Assembly (NCBI GenBank): GCA_020634215.1
Contig: JACKCD010000019.1
Coordinates: 30,975 to 94,974, forward strand
Direction of reading: 5' to 3'
DNA from: Ardenticatenaceae bacterium
GTDB lineage: Bacteria; Chloroflexota; Anaerolineae; Promineifilales; Promineifilaceae
Length of the DNA: 64,000 bases
The notes below the pieces were generated by a model. The model was not told where the DNA came from and did no database searches. It saw only the letters and a list, made by a program, of their open reading frames with translations. How positions within the stretch are numbered: position 1 is the first letter of the stretch; each line of letters begins with the position of its first letter. Positions 48,658-57,857 of the stretch are shown here, piece after piece. A program made the position numbers and the translations under genes.

Positions 48658-51600
48658 ATGAACGACCGCGACATTATCCAGCAGATTGAACAGATTTTAG
48701 ACCGCCGCCTGTTTTTGAAGCCATACGAGCCAGACAAGCTGCGCGGAAAGAAAAGCTTCTGCCTCAACGAGGCGGGGCAGGTCATTCACCTCGGTCTGCC
48801 CCAGTGTGGCCTCAATGATGCCCTTATCAGCCAACTTTCCCCCATGCTCCAACAGTTGGGGCAGCTACAGACGCTCTCTTTAAGGAATAACCAAATCAGC
48901 GACCTCTCGTTTTTGTCGGGGCTGGGGCAGCTACAGACGCTCGATTTAAGTTCTAACCCAATCAGCGACCTCTCGTTTTTGTCGGGGCTGGGGCAGCTAC
49001 AGACGCTCGATTTAAGTTCTAACCCAATCAGCGACCTCTCGTTTTTGTCGGGGCTGGGGCAGCTACAGACGCTCGATTTAAGTTCTAACCCAATCAGCGA
49101 CCTCTCGTTTTTGTCGGGGCTGGGGCAGCTACAGACGCTCGATTTAAGTTCTAACCCAATCAGCGACCTCTCGTTTTTGTCGGGGCTGGGGCAGCTACAG
49201 ACGCTCGATTTAAGTTCTAACCCAATCAGCGACCTCTCGTTTTTGTCGGGGCTGGGGCAGCTACAGACGCTCGATTTAAGTTCTAACCCAATCAGCGACC
49301 TCTCGTTTTTGTCGGGGCTGGGGCAGCTACAGACGCTCGATTTAAGTTCTAACCCAATCAGCGACCTCTCGTTTTTGTCGGGGCTGGGGCAGCTACAGAC
49401 GCTCGATTTAAGTTCTAACCCAATCAGCGACCTCTCGTTTTTGTCGGGGCTGGGGCAGCTACAGACGCTCGATTTAAGTTCTAACCCAATCAGCGACCTC
49501 TCGTTTTTGTCGGGGCTGGGGCAGCTACAGACGCTCGATTTAAGTTCTAACCCAATCAGCGACCTCTCGTTTTTGTCGGGGCTGGGGCAGCTACAGACGC
49601 TCGATTTAAGTTCTAACCCAATCAGCGACCTCTCGTTTTTGTCGGGGCTGGGGCAGCTACAGACGCTCGATTTAAGTTCTAACCCAATCAGCGACCTCTC
49701 GTTTTTGTCGGGGCTGGGGCAGCTACAGACGCTCGATTTAAGTTCTAACCCAATCAGCGACCTCTCGTTTTTGTCGGGGCTGGGGCAGCTACAGACGCTC
49801 GATTTAAGTTCTAACCAAATCAGTGACCTCTCGTTTTTGCAGCATTTGCCTGCTTTGGAACAGGTTGATCTGGCTAAAAACAAGTTAACAGAGCTGCCAG
49901 CCTGGATCACCGAAAAGGGGTTGGGCATTGATGTAATCAGTAAATACGGTGGCAATCACGGGGATATTAGGCTGGCTGAAAATCCCATTGCCACGCCGCC
50001 GCTGGAAATTGTGCAGCAGGGCAAGGCGGCCATCCGCGCCTACTTCCGTTCGCTGGAAGGGCAAGAAACGGTGCAGCTCAACGAGGTCAAGCTGCTGCTG
50101 GTGGGGGAAGGGATGGCCGGCAAAACGTCGCTGCTCAAGCGGCTGCAGGGGCTTCCCTTTGATGCCCAGGAGTCGCAAACCCACGGCATCAACGTGGTCA
50201 CGCTCCCCGCCGCCAGCATCAGCGGGCTGGAAGCCCACGCCGACCTGGCCGAATGCCAGCTCCACTGCTGGGATTTTGGCGGGCAGGAAATCATGCACGC
50301 CTCACACCAATTCTTCCTCAGCCAGCGCGCCCTCTACATCCTCGTCATTGACAGCCGCACCGACGACAAAAAGCACCACTGGCTCAAGCATATCGAAAAA
50401 TTTGGCGGCAAATCCTCTCCCCTCATCGTCGCCATGAACAAAATGGATATCAACCCTGGCTACAACGTCGAGCAAAACAGCCTCAACAGCAGCTTTCCCA
50501 GCATCAAAAACCGCTTCGTCCGCCTCTCCTGCCACACCGAGGCTGGCCTGCCCGACCTCATCCACCACATCGCCGCCGCCATCCCCGAAACCTCCCTCTT
50601 TGGCAGCCCGATCAGCGTCGCCTGGATGAACGTCAAAAACCAGCTTGAACGGGAAACAGCCTCCAAACGGTACATCAGCCAAGCTCGCTTTCTCGCCATC
50701 TGCCAGGAGAACAACGTCCACGACCGCGACAGCCAGCAAACCCTCCTGCAATACCTCCACGATCTCGGCATCGTCCTCTATTTCAAGCAGCTCAACCTCG
50801 CCAGCATCTACGTCCTCGACCCCCACTGGGTCACCATCGGCGTTTACAAAATCATCAATTCCGAAAAGGTGGTTGAAGGGCGGCTGCAAGAAAGCGACCT
50901 CGACTACATTCTCAACGAGGAGCCGATCAAAAAGCAAGAATATGACCCGGCCAGCAAGCAAAGCATTCGCTACAGCCTCGACGAACAACGCTACATCCTC
51001 AACATCATGCAGCAGTTTGAACTCTGCTACCTCTATAACGAGCGACGGCGCGAATACATCATCCCCAGCCAGCTTCCCAAAGAGATCAACAGCGAGCCAA
51101 ACCTGGATGAAGGTACCCCGCTGCGCTTTATCATGCGCTACGACTATCTGCCTGCCACCATCATCCCGCGCACCATGATTGACTTCAGAAACGACATCGA
51201 GCCGGGGCAGCAGTGGCGTTTTGGCATGGTGCTCCAAAACTCCAGCACCCAGTGCCGCGCCAAAATCAAGGCCGATGAGCAGAAAAAGTCCATCGAGATC
51301 ACCGTGCAGGGGGAAGCCCACCGCAAGCGGGAATATTTTGCCATCATCCGCCACACCCTGCGCGACATCAGCAGCGAATTTGAAAATTTGCAGATTGAGG
51401 AGTGGATTCCGCTGCCCGGCCACCCCGACTTTTTGGTTGAGTACCAGGTGCTGCTGGGGCATGAGCAGGAAAAGCGGGAGGAATATTTTGACGGCAAGCT
51501 GCGCAAGAGCTTCCCCGTCTCCCAACTGCTGGACAGCGTCATCAGCCCCGCCGACCGCCAGCGGGATAGCCATTTGTTAAACGACATGCTGCGCGATGCC

Positions 51601-52119
51601 AAAATGGTGAACTTTGGGACTTACTATGCGGGGGAACATCATGAGGGAGACAGAACGCAGGTGGGCGACATTACCGAGGCCACCGGAATAGCTGTTGGCA
51701 GAAAGAGCCGGGCCAGCGTGGGCAGCAGCCTCCCGCCCACCCCGCCCCCGCTGACAGAAGCAGAGCAAGCGGAGCTGGCTGCCCTCGCCACCCACAAACA
51801 ACTGCTTGAGCGCCCCCTGCGGCTGTGGGCGCGGGTGGCAGCGGTGGGGTATGTGCTGCTGTATGTGGGGTTGCTGCTGCTGGTTTGGTGGCTGCTCAAC
51901 AAGCTGGTGGCGTGGCAAAGCTGGGACACGCTGGAGCCGTATACGTGGATTGTAAGCGTGGTGATGGCTCTGGCCGCACCGCTGCTCGTCTGGTTGGCTC
52001 CAGACCGGCTTAGCCCATACGCGCTGAGGGATTGGCTATTTGCGCGGCTGCAGCGGCGCAGCTTTGAGAAACATGGGTTCAAGCTGGAACGGTATGAGGC
52101 ACTGCGGGCAAGGGTGTAG
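48658..52119 (+). CDS. ROCO protein: LRR array, Roc GTPase, COR domain and a C-terminal two-helix TM region
   Basis: 1153 aa. 22-aa LRR units LQTLDLSSNPISDLSFLSGLGQ. Roc motifs GEGMAGKTS, WDFGGQE, NKMD. C-terminal hydrophobic helices VAAVGYVLLYVGLLLLVWWLL and WIVSVVMALAAPLLVWLA. Confidence 0.85.
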   Translation: MNDRDIIQQIEQILDRRLFLKPYEPDKLRGKKSFCLNEAGQVIHLGLPQCGLNDALISQLSPMLQQLGQLQTLSLRNNQISDLSFLSGLGQLQTLDLSSNPISDLSFLSGLGQLQTLDLSSNPISDLSFLSGLGQLQTLDLSSNPISDLSFLSGLGQLQTLDLSSNPISDLSFLSGLGQLQTLDLSSNPISDLSFLSGLGQLQTLDLSSNPISDLSFLSGLGQLQTLDLSSNPISDLSFLSGLGQLQTLDLSSNPISDLSFLSGLGQLQTLDLSSNPISDLSFLSGLGQLQTLDLSSNPISDLSFLSGLGQLQTLDLSSNPISDLSFLSGLGQLQTLDLSSNPISDLSFLSGLGQLQTLDLSSNPISDLSFLSGLGQLQTLDLSSNQISDLSFLQHLPALEQVDLAKNKLTELPAWITEKGLGIDVISKYGGNHGDIRLAENPIATPPLEIVQQGKAAIRAYFRSLEGQETVQLNEVKLLLVGEGMAGKTSLLKRLQGLPFDAQESQTHGINVVTLPAASISGLEAHADLAECQLHCWDFGGQEIMHASHQFFLSQRALYILVIDSRTDDKKHHWLKHIEKFGGKSSPLIVAMNKMDINPGYNVEQNSLNSSFPSIKNRFVRLSCHTEAGLPDLIHHIAAAIPETSLFGSPISVAWMNVKNQLERETASKRYISQARFLAICQENNVHDRDSQQTLLQYLHDLGIVLYFKQLNLASIYVLDPHWVTIGVYKIINSEKVVEGRLQESDLDYILNEEPIKKQEYDPASKQSIRYSLDEQRYILNIMQQFELCYLYNERRREYIIPSQLPKEINSEPNLDEGTPLRFIMRYDYLPATIIPRTMIDFRNDIEPGQQWRFGMVLQNSSTQCRAKIKADEQKKSIEITVQGEAHRKREYFAIIRHTLRDISSEFENLQIEEWIPLPGHPDFLVEYQVLLGHEQEKREEYFDGKLRKSFPVSQLLDSVISPADRQRDSHLLNDMLRDAKMVNFGTYYAGEHHEGDRTQVGDITEATGIAVGRKSRASVGSSLPPTPPPLTEAEQAELAALATHKQLLERPLRLWARVAAVGYVLLYVGLLLLVWWLLNKLVAWQSWDTLEPYTWIVSVVMALAAPLLVWLAPDRLSPYALRDWLFARLQRRSFEKHGFKLERYEALRARV
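48901..49758 (+). repeat. 13 perfect tandem copies of a 66-bp unit (in-frame LRR repeats), flanked by diverged copies
   Basis: The unit start GACCTCTCG recurs at 48901 + 66n for n = 0 to 13. The 14th unit has two substitutions (NQISD). Confidence 0.9.
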
Positions 52120-52129
52120 CAGTTGCGTT

Positions 52130-53263
52130 TCAGGCTCTTTTCATTTCGAGCGCAGATAACGGGAGGCCAAAAAAGTGGGCAAGCTGGGTGGCGTAGTGGG
52201 AAACGGTTTCTGTCAACCTTTCCCCACACCATTCCTCAAACAGTTCCACCGTAACACCAATCCCGCTGTCTGACCGATCATACCGCCAGGTTCCCACAAT
52301 GCGGCCATGCTCCAGCACAACCCCCTCAATGTGCCCGGCCGGCCGCCACACCCGTTTGTAATACGCCATATCAATCAGCCAACTTTTTTCCCGGTGCCCC
52401 AGCAGCAGCGGTTCAAAGCGGTAAAGCAGCCGAATCGGCCACGCTTCCCGTTCCGGCGGCGTTTCGGCCATCGCCTCCAGGTCGGAGAGCAGTGCCAGCA
52501 TTGGCGTTCCCGCCGCGTCCAATTCCACCACCCCCTCGCCCAGTGCCTTCAGCCAGCGGCGAATGTCGCTCAGATTACGGCCGCGCCAATAGCCAATGTC
52601 CTGCACCGTGGCCGGGCCATAGGCGTGGAGAAAACGCCACACCAGCTCAATGTTGGCTGCCTCGGCGTTGGGCGGTACCCATTTCAGGTCGGGTAGCCAA
52701 TAGTCGCGGTGGGCAAACAGCCCCTCGCTGCCGTCCCGCCCAGCGTGGCAGGCGTGGCCGCGATAGACCAAATCGCGGAAGATGCCGCCCCAGGCGGAAA
52801 AAAGATCGCCGTGAACATCCAAATCGCTGTCGCGCAGGTCGCTGCGCCCCATGATTCCCCGTTGCCGCAGCAGTTCGGCCAAATCGGCCACCAATTGCTG
52901 GTATTGGGCGTGGTCTACGCCGCTTTTCACCGCCCGCAGCTCTTGCCACGCCACTTCCAAAGGCATGGCAGCGTGGATGAGCGCCCATTCACGGCTGGTG
53001 TAAAGATGGAGCGTTTGCCGCTGCCCCCATAGCTTGACCAAGCTGCGTTCGGTAAACAGCATCTCTTCAAAGCGGGCGTAGGTTAACCCGGTGGTGCGGT
53101 TCCACAGGGAAATGGCGGCGGCGGGGAGGATTTGGGCTTGGATGCCAGCGAGGGTGGAAACGGCCGTTGTGACAGCTTCTGTCAACACCCCATCAAACGG
53201 CTTCACCAGCCCCGACCGCCGCAGCCGAAACCAGCGAATTTGCGCTTCTGTCAGTCGAATCAT
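52130..53263 (-). CDS. Winged-helix DUF1006 (HTH_42) protein, AlkZ/YcaQ-family DNA glycosylase-like
   Basis: 377 aa. N-terminal MIRLTEAQIRWFRLRRSGL. A QxQ motif in LAGIQAQILP. Overall family resemblance only. Confidence 0.6.
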   Translation of the reverse strand: MIRLTEAQIRWFRLRRSGLVKPFDGVLTEAVTTAVSTLAGIQAQILPAAAISLWNRTTGLTYARFEEMLFTERSLVKLWGQRQTLHLYTSREWALIHAAMPLEVAWQELRAVKSGVDHAQYQQLVADLAELLRQRGIMGRSDLRDSDLDVHGDLFSAWGGIFRDLVYRGHACHAGRDGSEGLFAHRDYWLPDLKWVPPNAEAANIELVWRFLHAYGPATVQDIGYWRGRNLSDIRRWLKALGEGVVELDAAGTPMLALLSDLEAMAETPPEREAWPIRLLYRFEPLLLGHREKSWLIDMAYYKRVWRPAGHIEGVVLEHGRIVGTWRYDRSDSGIGVTVELFEEWCGERLTETVSHYATQLAHFFGLPLSALEMKRA

Positions 53264-53276
53264 TGGACGTTACAGA

Positions 53277-53310
53277 AGAAGTTCAACTTCTTTTGAGAAG
53301 TTGAACTTCT
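53277..53310. repeat. 34-nt perfect hairpin element, copy 2 (loop TTTG)
   Basis: AGAAGTTCAACTTCT-TTTG-AGAAGTTGAACTTCT. 13 nt upstream of the minus-strand start at 53263. Confidence 0.9.
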
Positions 53311-53437
53311 AAATAGGTATTTGCAAGGCCAGGAGGGTCTGGTTGTTAGCCTGGTAGCCAACGAGGAAATAGTTGTCAATCATAGGGTGTAGCTTAAGGA
53401 AATTATCCACCTGCTCAAAATAAATTGCAATGAGAGA

Positions 53438-56400
53438 TCAAGTTATCCCCAATTTACGAAGTCGGCTACGAATAGCGGATGGCTGACGTTCCAACAGGTT
53501 GGAGATGGCCTGCGTACCATGGTGGTTGATAAAAAGCTGTCGCAACTTTTCATCTTCTTCGTTTGACCAGGTTTCGTAAGCACGGGGATAGCTGGCCTTG
53601 ATTTGGTTTAACCGCTCGTGGTAGGCGGATGTGGTGGCATATACAGGATCGGGTTGTTCGGTCGTTTCTAGCCAGTAAATGAGCCGCATGATGTGGAGTT
53701 CGTCGAACTCGATGGTCTCGTTGAAGGCATCGAAGTAGGGGCGCAGATAATCGGTGTCGAGTTCGGCGAATTTTTGGAGAACGGCCGTTTGCACCTCCTC
53801 CATCAAACCCGAAGCCATCCGTAGCTTCTCCACAGGTAGCCTATTTCCAGCCTCCACATAGTTGCTCAAATGTCCCAAAATCGTCCTTCGCTTTACAGCA
53901 TAATTCGCCATTAACGCCTCGATAGATTGTCCGTTAGCAAAGGCTTCTCCCACCTCTTCCCAGCGGGATTTGCTAATGGTGGTGCGGTGGGGCTGGGCAG
54001 CAGGGCGGGATGGGGCGATTTTAGGCTTTTCGCTCAAGTTATTTTTGGCGCAAAAATTACGGATGAGAGGTAGGAAGATGTCGGCATATTGTTCTACTTT
54101 GGCTTGGCCGATGCCGTGTAACTGGCTAAAGGTGTTGGCTGAATGGGGGAAGTAGGTTGCCATTTCTTGTAAGGCACGGTCGGGGAAGATGACGTAGGGA
54201 GGAACGCCAACCTGGTCGGCCAGTTCCTTGCGTTTTTGGCGCAGGAGGTGGAAGAGGGTGGGGTCGTAAACGGCCGTTTCCATTTCCACGCTCCTTATCA
54301 CTTGTTTGGCTAATTGGCCCCACACTTTTGCCTCATTTTTGAGTACGGACCAAGCGGCATTGGTTAGCTTAAGGCCGCCATGTTCTTGGTCTTGGACGAG
54401 TAGCCCTTGCTGAATGAATTGGCGGGCTAAATGTTGCCAATCACTTTTGGAGAATTCGCGGCCGATGCTGTAGGCGGAGAGGCGATCATGCCCTTTTTGC
54501 AACACTTTTTGGGAACGGGAGCCGCGAAGCACGTCAATGATGTGGTTTATGCCGTATAGCTGGCCGGTGCGGTAGGCGCAGGAGAGAAATTTTTGGGCGG
54601 GGATGGTGAGATCGTCTAGTTCGTGTTTTTCACGTAGACAGTTGTCACACATCTGGCAATTATCTTTGGGGTAATTTTCGCCAAAGTAGGCGATGAGTTG
54701 TTGGCGGCGGCAAACGGCCGTTTCTGCCCAACTCACCATCGTTTGTAAACGCGCCTCGCTGCCACGCTGCTCAGATTCTGCCCCTTGTTTAATGAAGCGA
54801 CGAATCGTTGCCACATCGCCGTAGTCAAAGAGCAGCAGACAGTTGGAGCGGAGGCCATCGCGCCCAGCCCGGCCAATTTGCTGGTAATAATGCTCCATGT
54901 TTTGCGGCAAATCTACATGTAGGATGAAGCGCACATCGGGTTTGTCTATGCCCATGCCAAAGGCGATGGTGGCGACCATGATTGGCACATTGTCGCGGAT
55001 GAAGGCCGTTTGGTTGTGGCTGCGCGTAGCATTGTCCAGGCCAGCGTGGTAAGGTAGCACGGATAACCCTCGGTTGGTTAATTCTTCGGTTAGGGTATCT
55101 ACCGTCTTGCGGGTGGCGCAATAGATAATGCCCGATTGGTCGGGATGGGCGGCGATGAAGTTGAGAGTCTGCTCCAGGGTGTTGGTCTTGGGGGCGACTT
55201 CGATGAAGAGGTTGGGGCGGTCGAAGCTGGCGATGAAGGTGTTGCGCTCCTTGAAGTTGAGGCTTTGCTGGATGTCTTGCTGGACGCGAGGTGTAGCGGT
55301 GGCAGTAAGGGCGACGGTGACGATGTGGGGTAGCCGCTGGCGCACGGTGACGAGTTGGCGGTATTCGGGGCGAAAGTCGTGGCCCCATTGGGAGATGCAG
55401 TGGGCTTCGTCTATGGCGAGGCAGGCGAGATTGCTTTGTTCGAGGAGGAGCAGGGTTTCGGGTCGCAGCAGGGTTTCGGGGGCGACGTAGAGCAGTTTGA
55501 CGTGGCCTTGGCGGATGGCTTGGCTGGTTTTGAGGTATTGGAGATAGCTGAGGGTGCTGTTGAGGAAAACGGCCGTTATTCCTACCGCCTGCAACTGCGA
55601 CACCTGATCTTGCATGAGGGAAATAAGGGGTGAAACAACGACGGTGAGGCCATCAAACAGCAATGCCGGAATCTGATAGCAAAGTGATTTGCCGCCACCG
55701 GTGGGCATGATGACGAGCGTATCTCGCTTTTTCAGGACGTTGTTAATGATTTCAGCCTGGATGGGGCGGAACTCTTCGTAGCCAAAGATGGTTTGCAGAA
55801 CTTCTTGAGGAGATTGGAGATTAGAGACTGGAGATTGGGAAATGGGGAGATTGAAGGGAATGGATTGGGGTGTGTCAAAATAGTGGACTTCATCAGATAA
55901 CGGGTAGTCGGGCAGCCAGAGATCATCATCGTCGTAGGTGGGCAGGAACCAGCCGGAAAGTTGGAGGTAGCAGCGGGGTTCTTCGGCCGACCGATCTGCG
56001 GGCTGCCACCAATGCGCCAGGGATACGCGCAATAGCGTGCCTGCGGGAATCTCCTCCGGCGGTTCTTGGAAGCCGACGAAGGTAAGGGTACGTCCGCCAT
56101 TAGCGGTGGGGTAGCGGTAGCGGATGCGTTTGCCCTCGGTGTCTCGCACTAATAGTTGATCGGGTCGCCAAAACATGGTGCTATAGGTGGGGATGCCTCC
56201 TTTTTCGCTGATATACATAGCCCCCGTCTCTCTGTGTTGCACCAAACCATCATAGAGGACATCCAGGCCGCCCGTTTTGGGCGGCATATGTTTTTCGATG
56301 AAGGGGATGATGCCAGACAGGGGAGCGAGGCGGACTTTGTGCTGGATGAGGACATCTTCGGTGTGGGGAAGGGGGCGATGGGAGAGAACGGCCGTTTCCA

Positions 56401-56554
56401 CCTCCCACACGTCCCCCACTTCAAACACCATGTTGGCGCGTTCATTGCTCTCCATGTCTGGCGCAACCAGGCGCACACTTTGTCCGGCAAAGGTAATGCC
56501 ACCAATACAGGCCCTTCCCCCCATTCTCGTTTTAGCGACGATTAAAACTTTCAT
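53438..56554 (-). CDS. recQ: RecQ-family DNA helicase with an about 250-aa N-terminal extension and extra C-terminal HTH-like domains
   Basis: 1038 aa. The RecQ core starts at LQTIFGYEEFRPIQ. Motifs MPTGGGKS and DEAHCISQWGHDFRPEY. Zn-binding CRRQ...CQMCDNC. HRDC (LRQKRKELADQVGVPPYVIF). The N-terminal MKVLIVAKTRMGGRACIGGI... region was not recognised with confidence. Confidence 0.9.
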   Translation of the reverse strand: MKVLIVAKTRMGGRACIGGITFAGQSVRLVAPDMESNERANMVFEVGDVWEVETAVLSHRPLPHTEDVLIQHKVRLAPLSGIIPFIEKHMPPKTGGLDVLYDGLVQHRETGAMYISEKGGIPTYSTMFWRPDQLLVRDTEGKRIRYRYPTANGGRTLTFVGFQEPPEEIPAGTLLRVSLAHWWQPADRSAEEPRCYLQLSGWFLPTYDDDDLWLPDYPLSDEVHYFDTPQSIPFNLPISQSPVSNLQSPQEVLQTIFGYEEFRPIQAEIINNVLKKRDTLVIMPTGGGKSLCYQIPALLFDGLTVVVSPLISLMQDQVSQLQAVGITAVFLNSTLSYLQYLKTSQAIRQGHVKLLYVAPETLLRPETLLLLEQSNLACLAIDEAHCISQWGHDFRPEYRQLVTVRQRLPHIVTVALTATATPRVQQDIQQSLNFKERNTFIASFDRPNLFIEVAPKTNTLEQTLNFIAAHPDQSGIIYCATRKTVDTLTEELTNRGLSVLPYHAGLDNATRSHNQTAFIRDNVPIMVATIAFGMGIDKPDVRFILHVDLPQNMEHYYQQIGRAGRDGLRSNCLLLFDYGDVATIRRFIKQGAESEQRGSEARLQTMVSWAETAVCRRQQLIAYFGENYPKDNCQMCDNCLREKHELDDLTIPAQKFLSCAYRTGQLYGINHIIDVLRGSRSQKVLQKGHDRLSAYSIGREFSKSDWQHLARQFIQQGLLVQDQEHGGLKLTNAAWSVLKNEAKVWGQLAKQVIRSVEMETAVYDPTLFHLLRQKRKELADQVGVPPYVIFPDRALQEMATYFPHSANTFSQLHGIGQAKVEQYADIFLPLIRNFCAKNNLSEKPKIAPSRPAAQPHRTTISKSRWEEVGEAFANGQSIEALMANYAVKRRTILGHLSNYVEAGNRLPVEKLRMASGLMEEVQTAVLQKFAELDTDYLRPYFDAFNETIEFDELHIMRLIYWLETTEQPDPVYATTSAYHERLNQIKASYPRAYETWSNEEDEKLRQLFINHHGTQAISNLLERQPSAIRSRLRKLGIT

Positions 56555-56578
56555 GAGCGACTGGATAATGAGTGATTT

Positions 56579-56612
56579 AGAAGTTCAACTTCTTTGGAGA
56601 AGTTGAACTTCT
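56579..56612. repeat. 34-nt perfect hairpin element, copy 3 (loop TTGG)
   Basis: AGAAGTTCAACTTCT-TTGG-AGAAGTTGAACTTCT. 24 nt upstream of the recQ start at 56554. Confidence 0.9.
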
Positions 56613-56640
56613 TGCTTACCTATGGTTGAATGATGACTTA

Positions 56641-57135
56641 CTACACATCCGGCAGTAAATGCGCCACTTCTAGCTGGTACGCCTCCGCTAATTTGTTAGC
56701 CACAAGGGAGCGATGACAGGCAGTTGGCTCCCGCTCTACACAAAAAAGGGCGATGGTCTGGGCAGCGTCAGGTAGGGCATCTAGCAGCGATTGGGACTGA
56801 AACTGAGACAAGATTTCGGCTTCGTAGGCCGCGATGAAGGTGTCGGAAAGAGCGGTGCGTTGACGTTTAGCGGTTTTGCTGGCTTTATCGGCCGCCTCTT
56901 GGCGGGCGCGAACGGCTTGGCTGGGGGCTAAATCTTGCAGATGCAAGTAACGGATACCCATTTCGGCCAATCGAGCTTGCAAACGCTGGCTGTTGGCAAA
57001 GGCGTACTGAGAGTCACGCACCCCGCGTCGCCGCCGAATATCGCAAAAGGTGTCTACCCCAGCCTCAGTCAACGCGGCAAAAAAGCCCTCTTCTGTAAAC
57101 CCATAAACGCCAATGGTCACAATTTTCAGCTTCAT
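56641..57135 (-). CDS. DUF488-family protein
   Basis: 164 aa. IVTIGVYGFTEEGFF...CDIRRRR...ALFCVEREPTACHRSLV. Confidence 0.75.
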   Translation of the reverse strand: MKLKIVTIGVYGFTEEGFFAALTEAGVDTFCDIRRRRGVRDSQYAFANSQRLQARLAEMGIRYLHLQDLAPSQAVRARQEAADKASKTAKRQRTALSDTFIAAYEAEILSQFQSQSLLDALPDAAQTIALFCVEREPTACHRSLVANKLAEAYQLEVAHLLPDV

Positions 57136-57785
57136 TCTATCTCCTCTGCTCCGGCGTTCCTTTGCTCCCCTGCTTCTTCATATCGTTTACGCGACGTGAA
57201 GGTATGTTCCCCAAAGAGGCTCAGCTGCCCAGCGGTGAGGCGGTTGATAACGGCCGTTTGCCCCACCACCTCATTATTCTCATCAATATGCGCTACGGGA
57301 ATCTCTAACTGGGTCAGCGTTGCTCCGATTAACTTGCTGCGGTGGCATGTTTCTGGCTTGCCCTCACTGCACATGAGCATCACAGCCTGCTGCTGTTGAA
57401 AGGCGGTTTGCAGACGGCCGATCCCTGCCTGATAAAAAGCCGTTTGCTTTACCTTCTCATAATCCACCTTGCCATCTGTGTAACAACTGGTATCAGACGG
57501 CCGGCCGCCCAAGCTGTCGCCCATAAAAACGTAGCGAATCCCTGCTGCCTGTAAAGCCTCTGGCAAAGACTCCTTGCCAAACTCTGGTTTATAGCGGGAG
57601 TAGGGGGCAGAGCGAATGTCAATGAGGTAGGCGATGTGGTGTTGTTGGAGAACGGCCGTAAAATCCGCCAACGACCGACTGCCATAACCGATGGTGTAGA
57701 TAGGGATTAACTGTCCGAGCATGAAGCGATTATAATCCAGCCTGGCTGTTATGACGACAAAAGGAGACGAGAAATCGTTCAGCAA
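57132..57785 (-). CDS. DUF488-family protein (second paralog); likely start at ATG 57722
   Basis: IYTIGYGSRSLADF...LIDIRSAPYSRYKPEF...MLMCSEGKPETCHRSKL. 4-nt overlap with the downstream DUF488 gene. Confidence 0.75.
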   Translation of the reverse strand: MLNDFSSPFVVITARLDYNRFMLGQLIPIYTIGYGSRSLADFTAVLQQHHIAYLIDIRSAPYSRYKPEFGKESLPEALQAAGIRYVFMGDSLGGRPSDTSCYTDGKVDYEKVKQTAFYQAGIGRLQTAFQQQQAVMLMCSEGKPETCHRSKLIGATLTQLEIPVAHIDENNEVVGQTAVINRLTAGQLSLFGEHTFTSRKRYEEAGEQRNAGAEEIE

Positions 57786-57857
57786 TCAGTGACTTATCGT
57801 GTGCTGAGCTGGCTATTTTGACGATTATACTTGTTGGTAAAAAGCGAGGATAAACAG

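Noticed and set aside
48901-49824. Regular 66-bp repeats as a possible CRISPR array
   Set aside because: There are no unique spacers: the whole 66-bp unit repeats. The array is in frame and encodes canonical LRR units, and there are no cas genes.
48786-49955. 389-aa minus-strand ORF across the LRR repeat array, and the 423-aa minus-strand ORF at 50302-51573
   Set aside because: These are antisense shadows of the ROCO gene. Their repeats simply mirror the 66-bp units, they have no recognisable domains, and the plus-strand frame has clear LRR, Roc and COR motifs.
35541-56612. The 34-nt element as a LexA/SOS box
   Set aside because: The sequence does not match the known CTGT-N8-ACAG or GAAC-N4-GTTC consensus motifs, and one of the three downstream genes is a carboxypeptidase. 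This is mentioned only as a hypothesis to test.
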